A stretch of 64,000 nt of DNA from positions 1 through 64,000 of the forward strand of contig OZ219791.1 of assembly GCA_964291215.2 (NCBI GenBank). Reading direction: 5' to 3'. Of the stretch, positions 51,662 to 61,845 are shown one piece after another; the stretch's first letter is position 1, and each line of letters starts with the position of its first letter. Position numbers and translations under genes: made by a program. This DNA comes from Alphaproteobacteria bacterium (GTDB lineage: Bacteria > Pseudomonadota > Alphaproteobacteria > MPNO01 > UBA830). Below the pieces are notes generated by a model, which was given only the letters and a program-made list of their open reading frames with translations, was not told where the DNA came from and made no database searches.

Positions 51662-53028
51662 GTATTCGCCCCTGGCCTGCGGAAGGGTTCGACATCACGA
51701 CGGAAACGCTGATCGTGGGTGCTGGTGCCGCCGGTTTGATCGCGGCCCTGTCAGCGCAGGAGGCGGGACAGGAGGTTTTGGTGTTGGAGGCGGATCCCGT
51801 GCCATCGGGTTCAACCGCGCTTTCCGCCGGGTTGATCCCCGCCCCCGGAACCAGGGCACAGAAGGCCGCCGGGATCGAAGACAGCGCCGCTCTCTTTGCC
51901 GCCGACATCATGCGAAAGGCCAAGGGCGAGAACGACCCCGAGCTGGTCGCCGCAATGACCGAGGGCGTCGGCGAAGCCATCGACTGGTTAAGCGACACCT
52001 ACGGCCTTCCCTTCACCGTCGTGGACGACTTCACCTATCCCGGCCATTCGCGCCGCCGGATGCATGGCCTGCCCTCGCGCGCAGGGATCGATTTGATCAA
52101 CGCACTGCGGGCCACCGCCGAGACGCAGTCCATCCCGATCGCCACCGAACGGCGGGTCGAGGTGCTGTTTGCCGATCCAGACGGCACCATTCGCGGCGTC
52201 GAGGCGGTGCGCCCAGATGGCGGGCGCGAAACGCTGGGCTGCGCGCGCTTGATCTTGGCTTGCAACGGCTATGGCGGCAATCGCGAGATGCTGCGGCGAC
52301 ATATGCCCGCAATCAGCGAGGCGATCTATTTCGGGCATGACGGCAACCGGGGCGACGCGATTTTGTGGGGCGAGGCTTTGGGGGCCGCAACCAAACACCT
52401 CGGCGCCTTTCAGGGCCACGGGAATGTCGCCCATCCCCACGGCATCCTGATCAGTTGGGCGGTGATCATGGAAGGCGGCGTTCAGGTCAATCTTGAGGGC
52501 CACCGGTTCTGGAACGAAACGCAAGGCTACTCGGAAGCCGCGGCGGCGGTTCTGGCGCAACCCGAGGGCGTGGCCTGGGCGATCTATGACCAACGCATCG
52601 CAGGGATTGCGCGTCAGTTCGTTGATTTTCAGGACGCCGAGGCACAAGGCGCGGTGCTGTGGGCCGACAGCTTTGCGGAACTTGCCGAAAAGACCAAACT
52701 CCCCAAAGAGGACCTGGCGGCAACCATGGGCCAAGTCGAGGCTGGGGACTGCCCGTTCGGGCGCGCTTTCGATCCCGCTCAAAGGCTGAAGCCGCCCTTC
52801 GCCGCGACACGGGTAACGGGCACTCTGTTTCACACCCAGGGCGGGCTGGATGTAACGGGCAACGGTCAGGTCAAGTGTCGGGATGGCGGGCTGTTTCCCA
52901 ATCTCTATGCCGTCGGCGGTGCTGCCGTCGGCGTCTCGGGATCGGGCGACGCGGGATACCTTTCGGGCAACGGGCTGATGAGCGCGGTGGTTCTCGGCAG
53001 AAAGGCCGGATTGGCCGGTCAGAGTTGA
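51658..53028 (+). CDS. FAD-dependent oxidoreductase (FAD_binding_2, flavocytochrome c/KstD-like)
   Basis: IVGAGAAG, GSTALSAG, LACNGYG, FHTQGGL, NLYAVG, YLSGNGL. Confidence 0.88.
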   Translation: MSIRPWPAEGFDITTETLIVGAGAAGLIAALSAQEAGQEVLVLEADPVPSGSTALSAGLIPAPGTRAQKAAGIEDSAALFAADIMRKAKGENDPELVAAMTEGVGEAIDWLSDTYGLPFTVVDDFTYPGHSRRRMHGLPSRAGIDLINALRATAETQSIPIATERRVEVLFADPDGTIRGVEAVRPDGGRETLGCARLILACNGYGGNREMLRRHMPAISEAIYFGHDGNRGDAILWGEALGAATKHLGAFQGHGNVAHPHGILISWAVIMEGGVQVNLEGHRFWNETQGYSEAAAAVLAQPEGVAWAIYDQRIAGIARQFVDFQDAEAQGAVLWADSFAELAEKTKLPKEDLAATMGQVEAGDCPFGRAFDPAQRLKPPFAATRVTGTLFHTQGGLDVTGNGQVKCRDGGLFPNLYAVGGAAVGVSGSGDAGYLSGNGLMSAVVLGRKAGLAGQS

Positions 53029-54977
53029 CGTGCGGCCTCGTGGCCTTCGAACACGGCTTCGAGTGCCGTGCGCGCCGAAAGGCAATCGCCGACCGCGATC
53101 TGGATAGCCGAAGCACTCGCAGCCTTGCGCTGTAGGGTGCGCGGCTGGCCCGCAAGGGGTGCGATTACAGCGGTTGCAGGAACCTCGGTTTCAGTGTCCA
53201 GCGACAGGTCTTTCAGAACCGCTATTCCGCCCGAGTAATCCAACAGTGCGTGATGTCCGATGATCCGCACCTTCTTTTCCCGCAGCCGGTGGCGAAGCGC
53301 AAAAGAGCTGTACATGCTGATCATCCAGCCGGGTGTGCCAGAGGGCGCAATCAACGTGACCCGCTTGCCAAGATCGGCAAGGTGTTCGGCCAGCGAGACA
53401 ACCGACCAGCCGCCCAGATTATCGACCAGAAGCACCTCGTCGCCCAGCTGGGTTGGGGCGGCAAGTGCAGCTTCCATTGTCAGCGCAGCACCGCCCGAAC
53501 GAAGGCCCTGCCCCACCGGATCGGCCCCCGTGGCCCAGACCACGGCATCCGCCGCCGCCAATGCCTCAGCACTCGCCTCGGTCTCGAGCAAGACCCTTGC
53601 GCCTGAGACCTCAAGGCGCGCCTTTTGACGAGAAAGAAGCTTGCCCCAATCCTGCCGAAGCGGCATCTCCGCCGTCCAGTTCAATGCCCCACCAAGCCGC
53701 TCGCTTCCCTCAACAAGCGTCACGGTGTGGCCCCTCTCTGCTGCGGTCGCCGCCGCTTCCATTCCGGCGGGCCCACCACCGACAACCAGCACGCGCTTTG
53801 GAGTATCGGTGCGCTCGTCGGCGGGCCAATCCGCTTCGCGCCCGGCACGGGGATTGGTTAGGCAGGTGATCGCAAGGTTCAGCGCCAGGAAATTCGCACA
53901 GCCCTGATTGCAGCCGATACAAGGGTTGGTCTCGGCCTCGCGGCCTTCCTCAGCTTTCCGGACAACCTCGGGGTCGGCGATATGCGTCCGGGCCATCCCG
54001 ACCATGTCTGCCCCGCCCGAGGCAATCATCTCTTCCGCCTGGGCGACCTGTTGATAGCGGCAGACGGTCATGATCTTTGGTCGATGTTCAACGCCTTCCG
54101 GAGCGGAGCCTATAGAGCGTGTCAGTGGCTGGAATGTATCAAGCTGAAACGCCATATCGGCCATCTGGGTCGAAACGGTGTAGCTGCCGTGATAGGCGGA
54201 ATGCGACACGTTGACGAAATCGACCTGCGTTTCGTTGGTCAAGGTTTGGATGACCTCGCACATGTCGCCCAGTGAAAGCCCGCCTTCCATGAACTCGTCG
54301 GCGCTGATCCGGAGGCCAAGCGTCTGGTCAGGGCCGATCCGCTTTCGCACCGCCTGCAACGTCTCGCGTGCAAAGCGCAGGCGGTTGTCAAACGAACCAC
54401 CATAGCTGTCATCGCGCTTGTTCGAGGCTGGCGAGAGGAACTGTTGAATCAGGTGGCCATGGGCCATTTGCAACTCGATCCCGTCAAGCCCCGCTTCGAT
54501 CAGGTTCTCGGCCACATCCGCGTGGGCTTCGACAACCATGGAAATCTCGTCCAATGTCATCGGGTGTGGCGGCGGCGCGGTGGCTGACCATGGGATCGGC
54601 GAGGCCGACCACGACGGCATTCGGGCATAGTTGCCGTCGATGTGGCGGCCAAGGTGGATGATCTGGCCAAAGAGCCGCCCGCCCTCGCCCTGCACCGCCT
54701 CGGCGATGCGACGAAAGCGCGGGATACAGTCGCGCTCGTATCCGTTCACCCCCTGCTGTCGGCCAAGACTGGAGCGGTGGACACGGATGCCTTCGAAGAT
54801 GATCAGCCCCGCCCCCCCAGCAGCGCGCGCCTGATGATAGGCCAGGTGGCGGTCTGATGGCAGGTTGTTTTCGCCGTAGTTGGTGGTGTGAGCCGGAACA
54901 AAAATGCGGTTCCGGATATCAGTTGATCCAACCCGGATCGGTTCGAATACGTTGGGGTATGTCGCGTGACGGCTCAT
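53019..54977 (-). CDS. NADH:flavin oxidoreductase (old yellow enzyme, Fe-S/FAD extended type)
   Basis: RAAGGAGLII, AHGHLIQQFLSP.SNKRDD.YGGS, CIGCNQGC, VVGGGPAG. Confidence 0.92.
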   Translation of the reverse strand: MSRHATYPNVFEPIRVGSTDIRNRIFVPAHTTNYGENNLPSDRHLAYHQARAAGGAGLIIFEGIRVHRSSLGRQQGVNGYERDCIPRFRRIAEAVQGEGGRLFGQIIHLGRHIDGNYARMPSWSASPIPWSATAPPPHPMTLDEISMVVEAHADVAENLIEAGLDGIELQMAHGHLIQQFLSPASNKRDDSYGGSFDNRLRFARETLQAVRKRIGPDQTLGLRISADEFMEGGLSLGDMCEVIQTLTNETQVDFVNVSHSAYHGSYTVSTQMADMAFQLDTFQPLTRSIGSAPEGVEHRPKIMTVCRYQQVAQAEEMIASGGADMVGMARTHIADPEVVRKAEEGREAETNPCIGCNQGCANFLALNLAITCLTNPRAGREADWPADERTDTPKRVLVVGGGPAGMEAAATAAERGHTVTLVEGSERLGGALNWTAEMPLRQDWGKLLSRQKARLEVSGARVLLETEASAEALAAADAVVWATGADPVGQGLRSGGAALTMEAALAAPTQLGDEVLLVDNLGGWSVVSLAEHLADLGKRVTLIAPSGTPGWMISMYSSFALRHRLREKKVRIIGHHALLDYSGGIAVLKDLSLDTETEVPATAVIAPLAGQPRTLQRKAASASAIQIAVGDCLSARTALEAVFEGHEAARQL

Positions 54978-54978
54978 C

Positions 54979-55698
54979 TCAGTCCATCCTCAAACCACCG
55001 TTCACCGCCATGACTGCACCGGTGGTGAAGGCAGAGTCCTTGGACAGAAGAAAGCAGACGGCGGCCGCGATCTCTTCGGGTTTTGCCATCCGTTTCAAGG
55101 GCGTCGCCGCCAACATCGCCGCTTTCTTCTCGGGCGGGTGCGCCGCCAGCATCGGGGTTTCGACGGTACCAGGGGCCACGCAGTTCGCAGTGATCGACCG
55201 AGGTGCAAATTCCTGCGCCATGGATTTCGTTAGGGCCTCGATCCCGCCTTTCGAAGCCGCATAAGCGGTGCCGGTAATCACCCCGCCCGTCCGCCCGGCA
55301 AGCGAGCCGAGGGTGACGATGCGCCCGCCATCGGTCAGCAGGTTCCTGGCCGCATGGCAGCAGAGAAACGGCCCGGTCAGGTTGATCGCGAGGATCTCCT
55401 CCCAACGGTCGGGCGTAAGATCGGCAAGCTTGCCATTATCCACGACGCCTGCAGCAAGCACGAGGCCATAAAGCGCGGGGGCCTTTTGGCGGATGCGGTC
55501 AAACGCCTGGTCGACCGCGCTGGCGTCGGTGAAATCCACCACGACAGCCGTGCCTCCGGTTTCTTCAGCCACAGAGGCCAGCGCATTCTCGTCCCGGTCC
55601 ATGAGGAAAAGCGGCGCATAGCCTTCGGCGGCGGCTCGGCGCGCGATGGCCGCCCCGATCCCGCCAGCCGCGCCGGTGATGGCAAGCGCGCGTGTCAT
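54979..55698 (-). CDS. Short-chain dehydrogenase/reductase
   Basis: TGAAGGIG, YAASK, VNGG. Confidence 0.92.
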   Translation of the reverse strand: MTRALAITGAAGGIGAAIARRAAAEGYAPLFLMDRDENALASVAEETGGTAVVVDFTDASAVDQAFDRIRQKAPALYGLVLAAGVVDNGKLADLTPDRWEEILAINLTGPFLCCHAARNLLTDGGRIVTLGSLAGRTGGVITGTAYAASKGGIEALTKSMAQEFAPRSITANCVAPGTVETPMLAAHPPEKKAAMLAATPLKRMAKPEEIAAAVCFLLSKDSAFTTGAVMAVNGGLRMD

Positions 55699-57053
55699 GG
55701 CTTTGTCTCCTTGCGTTTGTCGATGAACCGTGGTGCTTTGAGTGAAGCGTCAGGGTCGTAGATGTCCTGCATCGCGACGATATCAATCTCCGGCCTGACC
55801 CCGACCGCCGATTTCACCGCATCGCAAAGCGCAGCGCCCGGGTCGGCTCCGGCCTTGGGTGCAAGCCGCAGGCGCATCACGTCCATGGAAAGCGCGTCAT
55901 CGGGATTCTCCCGATCGATCACGATCTGGAATTCCTCCACGCGGCCGTCAGCAATCAGCACTTCTGCGACATGCCCCGGATCGATCAGCATGCCCTTCAC
56001 CTTCACCAGATCGTCAGCACGGGACGGTAGCGCGATAAACCGGTCGGTCTCGGCCCCGCAATGCGGGCAAGGCGCGCGGGTCAAGGCGGTCATGTCACCC
56101 AAGGCATAGCGCAACAGCACCGTACCGCGCCGATCCAGATGGGTCAGCACAGCAAGCCCCGTTTCCCCATCGGGAAGCGCTTCGTGGGTTACGGGATCGA
56201 CAACCTGGAAATGGAACTGGTCGGGTGCCGGGTTGTGGTAGCCGGAACCAGGGCAACATTCCACGGAACCGACCTGCATCTCGGTCGCCGCATAGGAAAT
56301 ACTGACCCAGGGATCGTTTGCGCCTAGGTCCACCATCCGCCGTGTCAGATCGGCGCGCATCGCGTCGGTGACGGCTTCTCCGGTGACGAAGGCGAGACGA
56401 ACCGCAGAAAGGTCTGCGCCCATTTCACCTGCGCGCATCAAGACGCGGCGCACATAGCTTGTCACCCCCCAAAGGATCGTGGCGCGATGGTGTTCGACGG
56501 TTCGGATCACCTCGTCAAGGCTGGACGCGTGATGAAAATCAGGGCTCGGGCGGCCAGGCATCGGGCTGACGACGGGGATCTTCATCGCATTGGCCGCGGC
56601 AATGGTGCGGTGAAAGGCACCATAAGGGTAAAGCGTCATGGGGCAGAGATTGGCGACGAGATCGGTCTCGTGCACGCCACGAATCTCCAGCGCCCGGCGA
56701 TTTGCAGTTAGGATGCGGTAGAAATCATGCACCGTGGAGTAGAACGGCGTCGGTTTGCCGCCCGATGTGCCCGTGGTGTGCATCACGTCGAAACCGACCT
56801 GGGCTTCCTCCGGCAACCCTTCTGTTTCCAATCGGAAAATCTCAGGGTCAGCGGCATAGTCAACCTTGGCGATCAGCGGTATCTTTCCGATGTCGGCAAG
56901 GCCGCCGATATCCTCGCGCTTAAGTCCGATGTCTGAGAACACCTGCCGGTAGTACGGGTGGCGTGTGAAGCAAAGGTCCAGCATCTCGGCGAACTTCGCC
57001 TCCTGCACCGCGTCGATTTCGGCGCACGACTGATATGGTAGGTCGGCAGTCAA
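55695..57053 (-). CDS. Phenylacetate-CoA ligase (PaaK)-like protein
   Basis: HTTGTSGGKP, YAATE, LLRYALGD, RADDLVKVKG. Confidence 0.88.
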   Translation of the reverse strand: MTADLPYQSCAEIDAVQEAKFAEMLDLCFTRHPYYRQVFSDIGLKREDIGGLADIGKIPLIAKVDYAADPEIFRLETEGLPEEAQVGFDVMHTTGTSGGKPTPFYSTVHDFYRILTANRRALEIRGVHETDLVANLCPMTLYPYGAFHRTIAAANAMKIPVVSPMPGRPSPDFHHASSLDEVIRTVEHHRATILWGVTSYVRRVLMRAGEMGADLSAVRLAFVTGEAVTDAMRADLTRRMVDLGANDPWVSISYAATEMQVGSVECCPGSGYHNPAPDQFHFQVVDPVTHEALPDGETGLAVLTHLDRRGTVLLRYALGDMTALTRAPCPHCGAETDRFIALPSRADDLVKVKGMLIDPGHVAEVLIADGRVEEFQIVIDRENPDDALSMDVMRLRLAPKAGADPGAALCDAVKSAVGVRPEIDIVAMQDIYDPDASLKAPRFIDKRKETKP

Positions 57054-57919
57054 GGGTCGAGCCCGAAGACACGCAACGCGTTGTCCCGCAGAAACGCCCG
57101 TTTGCTTTCCGGGCGCAACTGAAGTGCCTCGACCTCGCTCCGATAGCGCTCGAAGGTCAGAACCGGAAAGTCGGTGCCATACATCACCTTGTGCCGGCCA
57201 TAACTGTCGATGAAACGCACGAAACTCTGGGGCCAGTATTTCGGCGCATGGGCGTCAGCAATGATGAAGACGTTTTCGTGCTTGAAGGCCATCGCCGTCA
57301 TCTCGTCCGCCCAGGGGATGCCCACGTGAATGCCAACCAGCTTCAACTCGGGGAAATGGCAGGCGACCGGGTCGAGCGTGATGGGCCGACCGACACTTTC
57401 CAGCGGCCGGTTCGGGTCATAGACCAGCGATTGGCCGACCTGGGTCAGGAACGGAACGCCGAGTTCCACACATTTGGCATAGAAGGGATACCAGCGGGCG
57501 TGGTTCGGTGGCAGTTCGAACCAATGCGGATAGGCATGCGCGCCGATGAAGCCCAACTCGCGGACCGCATGTTCAAGCGCCCTCACACCCGCCATGCCTT
57601 CGGTCGGATCGATCCCGGCGAGCCCATGAAAGCGGTCGGGGTGCTTGGCGACGGCCTCGGCAATCACGTCATAAGGCAAGTGCCACGACCCCGGCAGCCC
57701 GGGTTGCCCGGTCTTGTGCGCCACGAGAAACGCGCGCTCGGTCCCTGCTGCGTCCATCATGCGCAGCATCTCTTCATAGCTGTAGCCCTGAAGTACGCTG
57801 TCGTCGCGCCCGAACTTTCGCTTGTGGAACTTGCCGGACCAATCGGGGCGCATCGCCACGATCTCGGGCGTATGCGGATTGACCACGGTGTCGATGGCAA
57901 GGATGTCAAAGTTACTCAT
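57050..57919 (-). CDS. Amidohydrolase_2-family protein
   Basis: HPDRFHGLAGIDP, YPFYAKCVELGVP, HVGIPW, YGTDFP. Confidence 0.9.
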   Translation of the reverse strand: MSNFDILAIDTVVNPHTPEIVAMRPDWSGKFHKRKFGRDDSVLQGYSYEEMLRMMDAAGTERAFLVAHKTGQPGLPGSWHLPYDVIAEAVAKHPDRFHGLAGIDPTEGMAGVRALEHAVRELGFIGAHAYPHWFELPPNHARWYPFYAKCVELGVPFLTQVGQSLVYDPNRPLESVGRPITLDPVACHFPELKLVGIHVGIPWADEMTAMAFKHENVFIIADAHAPKYWPQSFVRFIDSYGRHKVMYGTDFPVLTFERYRSEVEALQLRPESKRAFLRDNALRVFGLDP

Positions 57920-59058
57920 GTCGCAAGCGCCCGTCCAAGGCCCATGTCGAGGGCTATGAGATCAAGCTGTATCTCGCTTGACCCCTCCCCGAATGTGTAA
58001 AGCCGTGCATCCCGCCAATATCGCTGCATGTCGCTGTCAGCGGCATAGCCTGCACTTGCCATGATCTGCATCCCTTCTTCCGTCACCCGTTTCAGCATTT
58101 CGGTGGTGGCCCACTTGGTTTGGGCCGCAAGCCGCGCACAATCCTCGCCCTCGTCAATGGCCCAGGCAAGGTTGCGCAAGAAAAGGCGCGCCTGATCCAC
58201 CTCGGTCTGCATGATTGCCAAACGGTGCGCGATGGCCTGAAAGCCGCCAATGGGCTGACCGAACTGTCGGCGCTCCTTCGCATGGGACACCGCCGCGTCC
58301 ACTGCTGCCTGCGCCGTGCCCACTACGACAGCGGCAAGGCCGGACCGACCGTAGAACAGCGTTTTCTTGAGGCAATCGAAACCTGACCCCTCCTGTCCGA
58401 GAAGCGCGCCTTCCGGCACGGCAACCTCGTCGAAGGCAACCTCGTAGGTCAGCGAGCATCGGTTTCCGATCTTCTCCAGCGGGGTCAGCGAGACACCTTT
58501 TGCATCCGGCGGAACAAGGAACAGAGTGATCCCCTCGTCGGTTTGCGCGGCCACAACCAGGCGAAGCGAGGAAGCGGCACCGCTGATCCAGTGCTTCAGA
58601 CCGGTGATCCGCCATCTCGACCTGTCCCTTGTCGCGCGCGTCGTCAGGGCACCGGCATCGCTGCCAGCACCGGGTTCCGTCAGCGCCAGCGCGAAAGCGC
58701 CCTCGCCTGCCAGCATACGCGGCAGGAATTCGTCGCACTGCACTTCGCTGGCCGAGGTCAAAAGCGTCATGATCCCGAAACAGGTCACCCGATTGAAAAG
58801 GATCGCCGCCATGGTCGCGTGATAGCCCAGCCGTTCTTGCACATGCGACATGGTCTGCCAGTCGCCGCCCTGCCCGCCTTTGGCTTCGGGAACGGCAAGG
58901 CCAAGCAGCCCCATTTCGGCCATCATGGGCAGCAGGTGATCCGGCGGGTTGGCCTCGGCATCCCGGCGGCGAACCTCCTCAGGCGGAAGGTGGCGCGCCA
59001 TCAACCGATCGACACTGTCAAGAAGCAGCCGTTGTTCTTCGGTTATCCTGAAACCCAT
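57916..59058 (-). CDS. Acyl-CoA dehydrogenase family protein
   Basis: ALTEPGAGSD, GLKHWISG, RRQFGQPIGGFQ, RYWRDARL..FGEGSSEIQ. Confidence 0.93.
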   Translation of the reverse strand: MGFRITEEQRLLLDSVDRLMARHLPPEEVRRRDAEANPPDHLLPMMAEMGLLGLAVPEAKGGQGGDWQTMSHVQERLGYHATMAAILFNRVTCFGIMTLLTSASEVQCDEFLPRMLAGEGAFALALTEPGAGSDAGALTTRATRDRSRWRITGLKHWISGAASSLRLVVAAQTDEGITLFLVPPDAKGVSLTPLEKIGNRCSLTYEVAFDEVAVPEGALLGQEGSGFDCLKKTLFYGRSGLAAVVVGTAQAAVDAAVSHAKERRQFGQPIGGFQAIAHRLAIMQTEVDQARLFLRNLAWAIDEGEDCARLAAQTKWATTEMLKRVTEEGMQIMASAGYAADSDMQRYWRDARLYTFGEGSSEIQLDLIALDMGLGRALAT

Positions 59059-59095
59059 TTTTTAATGCTAGGCGGCAAGGCCTTCCCGGATCAAG

Positions 59096-60679
59096 ATGTT
59101 TCTCGTGGGCAAGGATTCGGAAAGCGATGTTTTGATTGTAGGTGCCGGAGCAGCGGGTGCGGCAGCTTCCTGGCGGTTGGCCTGTCTCGGGTTCCGCGTC
59201 ACCTGCCTCGAACAGGGAGGCTGGGTGCGGCCCGAGAGTTCACCCTCGTCCGATCCGGATTGGGAAGTCTTGCGCCAGGGCCCGTGGCATCCGAACCCGA
59301 ACCTCCGCCGTAGCAGAACAGACTACCCAGTCGACGACAGCGCAAGCGATATCCAGCCCCTGCTTTTCAATGGCGTGGGTGGCAGTACTGTCATGTGGTC
59401 GTGCCATTTCCCACGGCTACACCCCAGCGACTTCGCGACAAGAACGCTTGATGGCGTGGGGGATGACTGGCCGATCCGCTATGGCGAACTCGACCCATAC
59501 TACGAGTTAAACGAACGCATGATGGGCGTGGCGGGATTGGCCGGTAATCCGGCTTATCCGCCGATGAAGGCTCCGCGAACCCCGCCCATCGGATTGTCGC
59601 CGGGCGCGCGGCGCGTGGCCGAGGCGTTCAATCGGTTGGGCTGGTCCTGGTGGCCTGCCGATCTGTCGATGGTTACCGGAACTGGCGATCACTGCTGCAA
59701 CAACTGCGGCCCTTGCGAGTTGCATTGCCCTCGCAAGGCCAAGGGCGCCGCAGACCTGAGCTACTGGCCCGCAGCCCTGTCCAAGGGAGTGTGCCTGATC
59801 ACTGGCGCGCGGGTGGTCGATATCGAAACCTACGAAACATTTGCCACCGGTATCGTTTACGCAAGCAACGGCGCGCACCACCGTCACAAGGCGCCGGTTG
59901 TGATCCTGGCCGCGAACGGCATCGGCACACCTCGGCTCTTGCTGCACTGCGGATTGGCAAACCGCAGCGGGCTTGTCGGGCGAAGACTTATGCTGCACCC
60001 GCTGGCCCGCGTCACCGGGCTTTTCGACGAACCGGTTGATGGCCACCTCGGCATCTCGGCGGGGGCCATCGTCAGCCATCATTTCTACGAAACGGACGAA
60101 ACGCGCGGCTTCCGGCGCGGCGTGAAATTGCAGGGGCTTGGCACCCATGGGCCTGCGTTGACAGCCCTGGGATCGCTTGGCCAACGACTGCCCTGGGGCC
60201 GCCAACATCACGGCGAATTTGCCCGCACTTTCGGGCATGCCTTCAGCCTTTCGATCTGTAGCGACGACATGCCCGATCCTGACAATTGCATTCTCCTTTC
60301 AGACGAGTTGACAGACAGTGACGGACTTCCAGCTCCGAAAATGATCTACCGCGTCCCCGAAAGCGCAAGGAAGGCGCTTGATTTTGGGAGGATGCGCGCG
60401 AAAGAAGTGCTGGAGGAAGCGGGCGCATCGAATTTCATCGCGATGGAAACCGTGGCAAGCGCGGGGTTTCATCTGATGGGCACCGCGCGCATGGGTGACG
60501 ACCCTGAAACCTCGGTGATCGACCGATGGGGCGAAGCGCATGACGTCGCGGGGCTCTTTGTTCTGGATGGCTCGGCTTTCGTGACTGCGACCGCCGCAAA
60601 CCCGACGAATACCATTCAGGCTCTGGCGCTGAGAGGCGCCGACAGGATCGCGGATACCAGACGGATTCGGCAATTCTGA
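59096..60679 (+). CDS. GMC-family oxidoreductase
   Basis: IVGAGAAG, GVGGSTVMW, CNNCGPC, GIGTPRLLL, HLMGTARMG, NPTNTIQALA. Confidence 0.92.
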   Translation: MFLVGKDSESDVLIVGAGAAGAAASWRLACLGFRVTCLEQGGWVRPESSPSSDPDWEVLRQGPWHPNPNLRRSRTDYPVDDSASDIQPLLFNGVGGSTVMWSCHFPRLHPSDFATRTLDGVGDDWPIRYGELDPYYELNERMMGVAGLAGNPAYPPMKAPRTPPIGLSPGARRVAEAFNRLGWSWWPADLSMVTGTGDHCCNNCGPCELHCPRKAKGAADLSYWPAALSKGVCLITGARVVDIETYETFATGIVYASNGAHHRHKAPVVILAANGIGTPRLLLHCGLANRSGLVGRRLMLHPLARVTGLFDEPVDGHLGISAGAIVSHHFYETDETRGFRRGVKLQGLGTHGPALTALGSLGQRLPWGRQHHGEFARTFGHAFSLSICSDDMPDPDNCILLSDELTDSDGLPAPKMIYRVPESARKALDFGRMRAKEVLEEAGASNFIAMETVASAGFHLMGTARMGDDPETSVIDRWGEAHDVAGLFVLDGSAFVTATAANPTNTIQALALRGADRIADTRRIRQF

Positions 60680-60704
60680 AACCCCGAAACCAGAAGTGGA
60701 CAAG

Positions 60705-60724
60705 ATGGTATATTGATATATCAT
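60705..60724. promoter_or_regulatory. Palindromic operator, GntR-like
   Basis: atggtata-ttga-tatatcat in the intergenic region before the TauD operon. Confidence 0.5.
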
Positions 60725-60798
60725 TAGGCCAACCATGCGGCGTTTTGCAGCGAGAATCGTTGTCTGTGCCGCCGGGAACCGTGTCGGAAGGGGAACGA

Positions 60799-61845
60799 AT
60801 GGCATCGTTGCGTTGTCAGGAGGAGCAAAGTTTGGGGGCTGCTGTCACGCTGCCGACAAACGAGCCTCGGGCACGTCAATGGGATGCCGACGCGCTGCGA
60901 AATGACGACAGGGTGCATTTCTACATTCTGACGCCCGACGCCTTGAATGAGATTCGCACGGCCCTTGATCTCGCCCGGACCAACGGCTTGACAGTGGACA
61001 CGGTCGAGCAAGAGGATTTCCGGGTCCCTTCCTTTGCACGGGATGTCGGAAAACTCCGGGACCGGCTTGATACCGGGCGAGGGTTTCTGGTCATCCAGGG
61101 TTTTGATCCCGAAGCCATTTCCGAGGGCGAAGCCGAGATTGTCGCCTGGGGGCTTTGCAACTATCTCGGACGCCCCATTCGCCAGGGAATCGACCATGAC
61201 CGGCGGCTCTTCACCGTGGCTGACAAAGGTGCGGCCAACACCGACCCGACGCGGATTGGTGCCAGCCCGGCACGGTCGCGCAAGCACACCGACAATGGTT
61301 GCCTGGAGCCTCGCCCCCCCGATTATCTGGGTCTGTTCTGTGTGCGCTCGGCCACCGAGGGTGGCGACAGCACGATCATCTCGGCCCGCACGATCTATGA
61401 CACGGTTTCAGCGGAACGTCCCGATATTCTGCCCATGCTCTTCCAGAGCTATCACTTCAGGGCACCGCAGGCCCATGTCTGGCCCAGTCGCGGTCTAACC
61501 GTTCAAAAACCGATCTTTGACATCAGCGCCGGTGAACTGCGCATCCATTATGCCCGTGTGATGATCGAGCCAGGGATGGAGATGGCGGGCACCCCCCTTT
61601 CCGAGGAAGAACTTGCGGCCTTTGACTACCTCGACGAATTGGTCGAGCGGCCGGAGCTCAACTTCCGTCATGTCCTGCAGCCGGGCGAGCTTTTGCTTCT
61701 GAATAATCGCGTCATGCTTCACGGTCGCGAAGCTTTCCCGCCGGGAACCTCCGGCGGGCGTACGTTGAAAAGGCTCTGGATGTGGCGGCGGCATATCGGC
61801 CCTGGCGACGATCCCGTCGCTCTGGATCTGGAGGAACTGGCATGA
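60799..61845 (+). CDS. TauD/TfdA-family Fe(II)/2-oxoglutarate dioxygenase
   Basis: HTD motif, GGDS, LQPGELLLLNN..MLHGR, LKRLW. Confidence 0.88.
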   Translation: MASLRCQEEQSLGAAVTLPTNEPRARQWDADALRNDDRVHFYILTPDALNEIRTALDLARTNGLTVDTVEQEDFRVPSFARDVGKLRDRLDTGRGFLVIQGFDPEAISEGEAEIVAWGLCNYLGRPIRQGIDHDRRLFTVADKGAANTDPTRIGASPARSRKHTDNGCLEPRPPDYLGLFCVRSATEGGDSTIISARTIYDTVSAERPDILPMLFQSYHFRAPQAHVWPSRGLTVQKPIFDISAGELRIHYARVMIEPGMEMAGTPLSEEELAAFDYLDELVERPELNFRHVLQPGELLLLNNRVMLHGREAFPPGTSGGRTLKRLWMWRRHIGPGDDPVALDLEELA

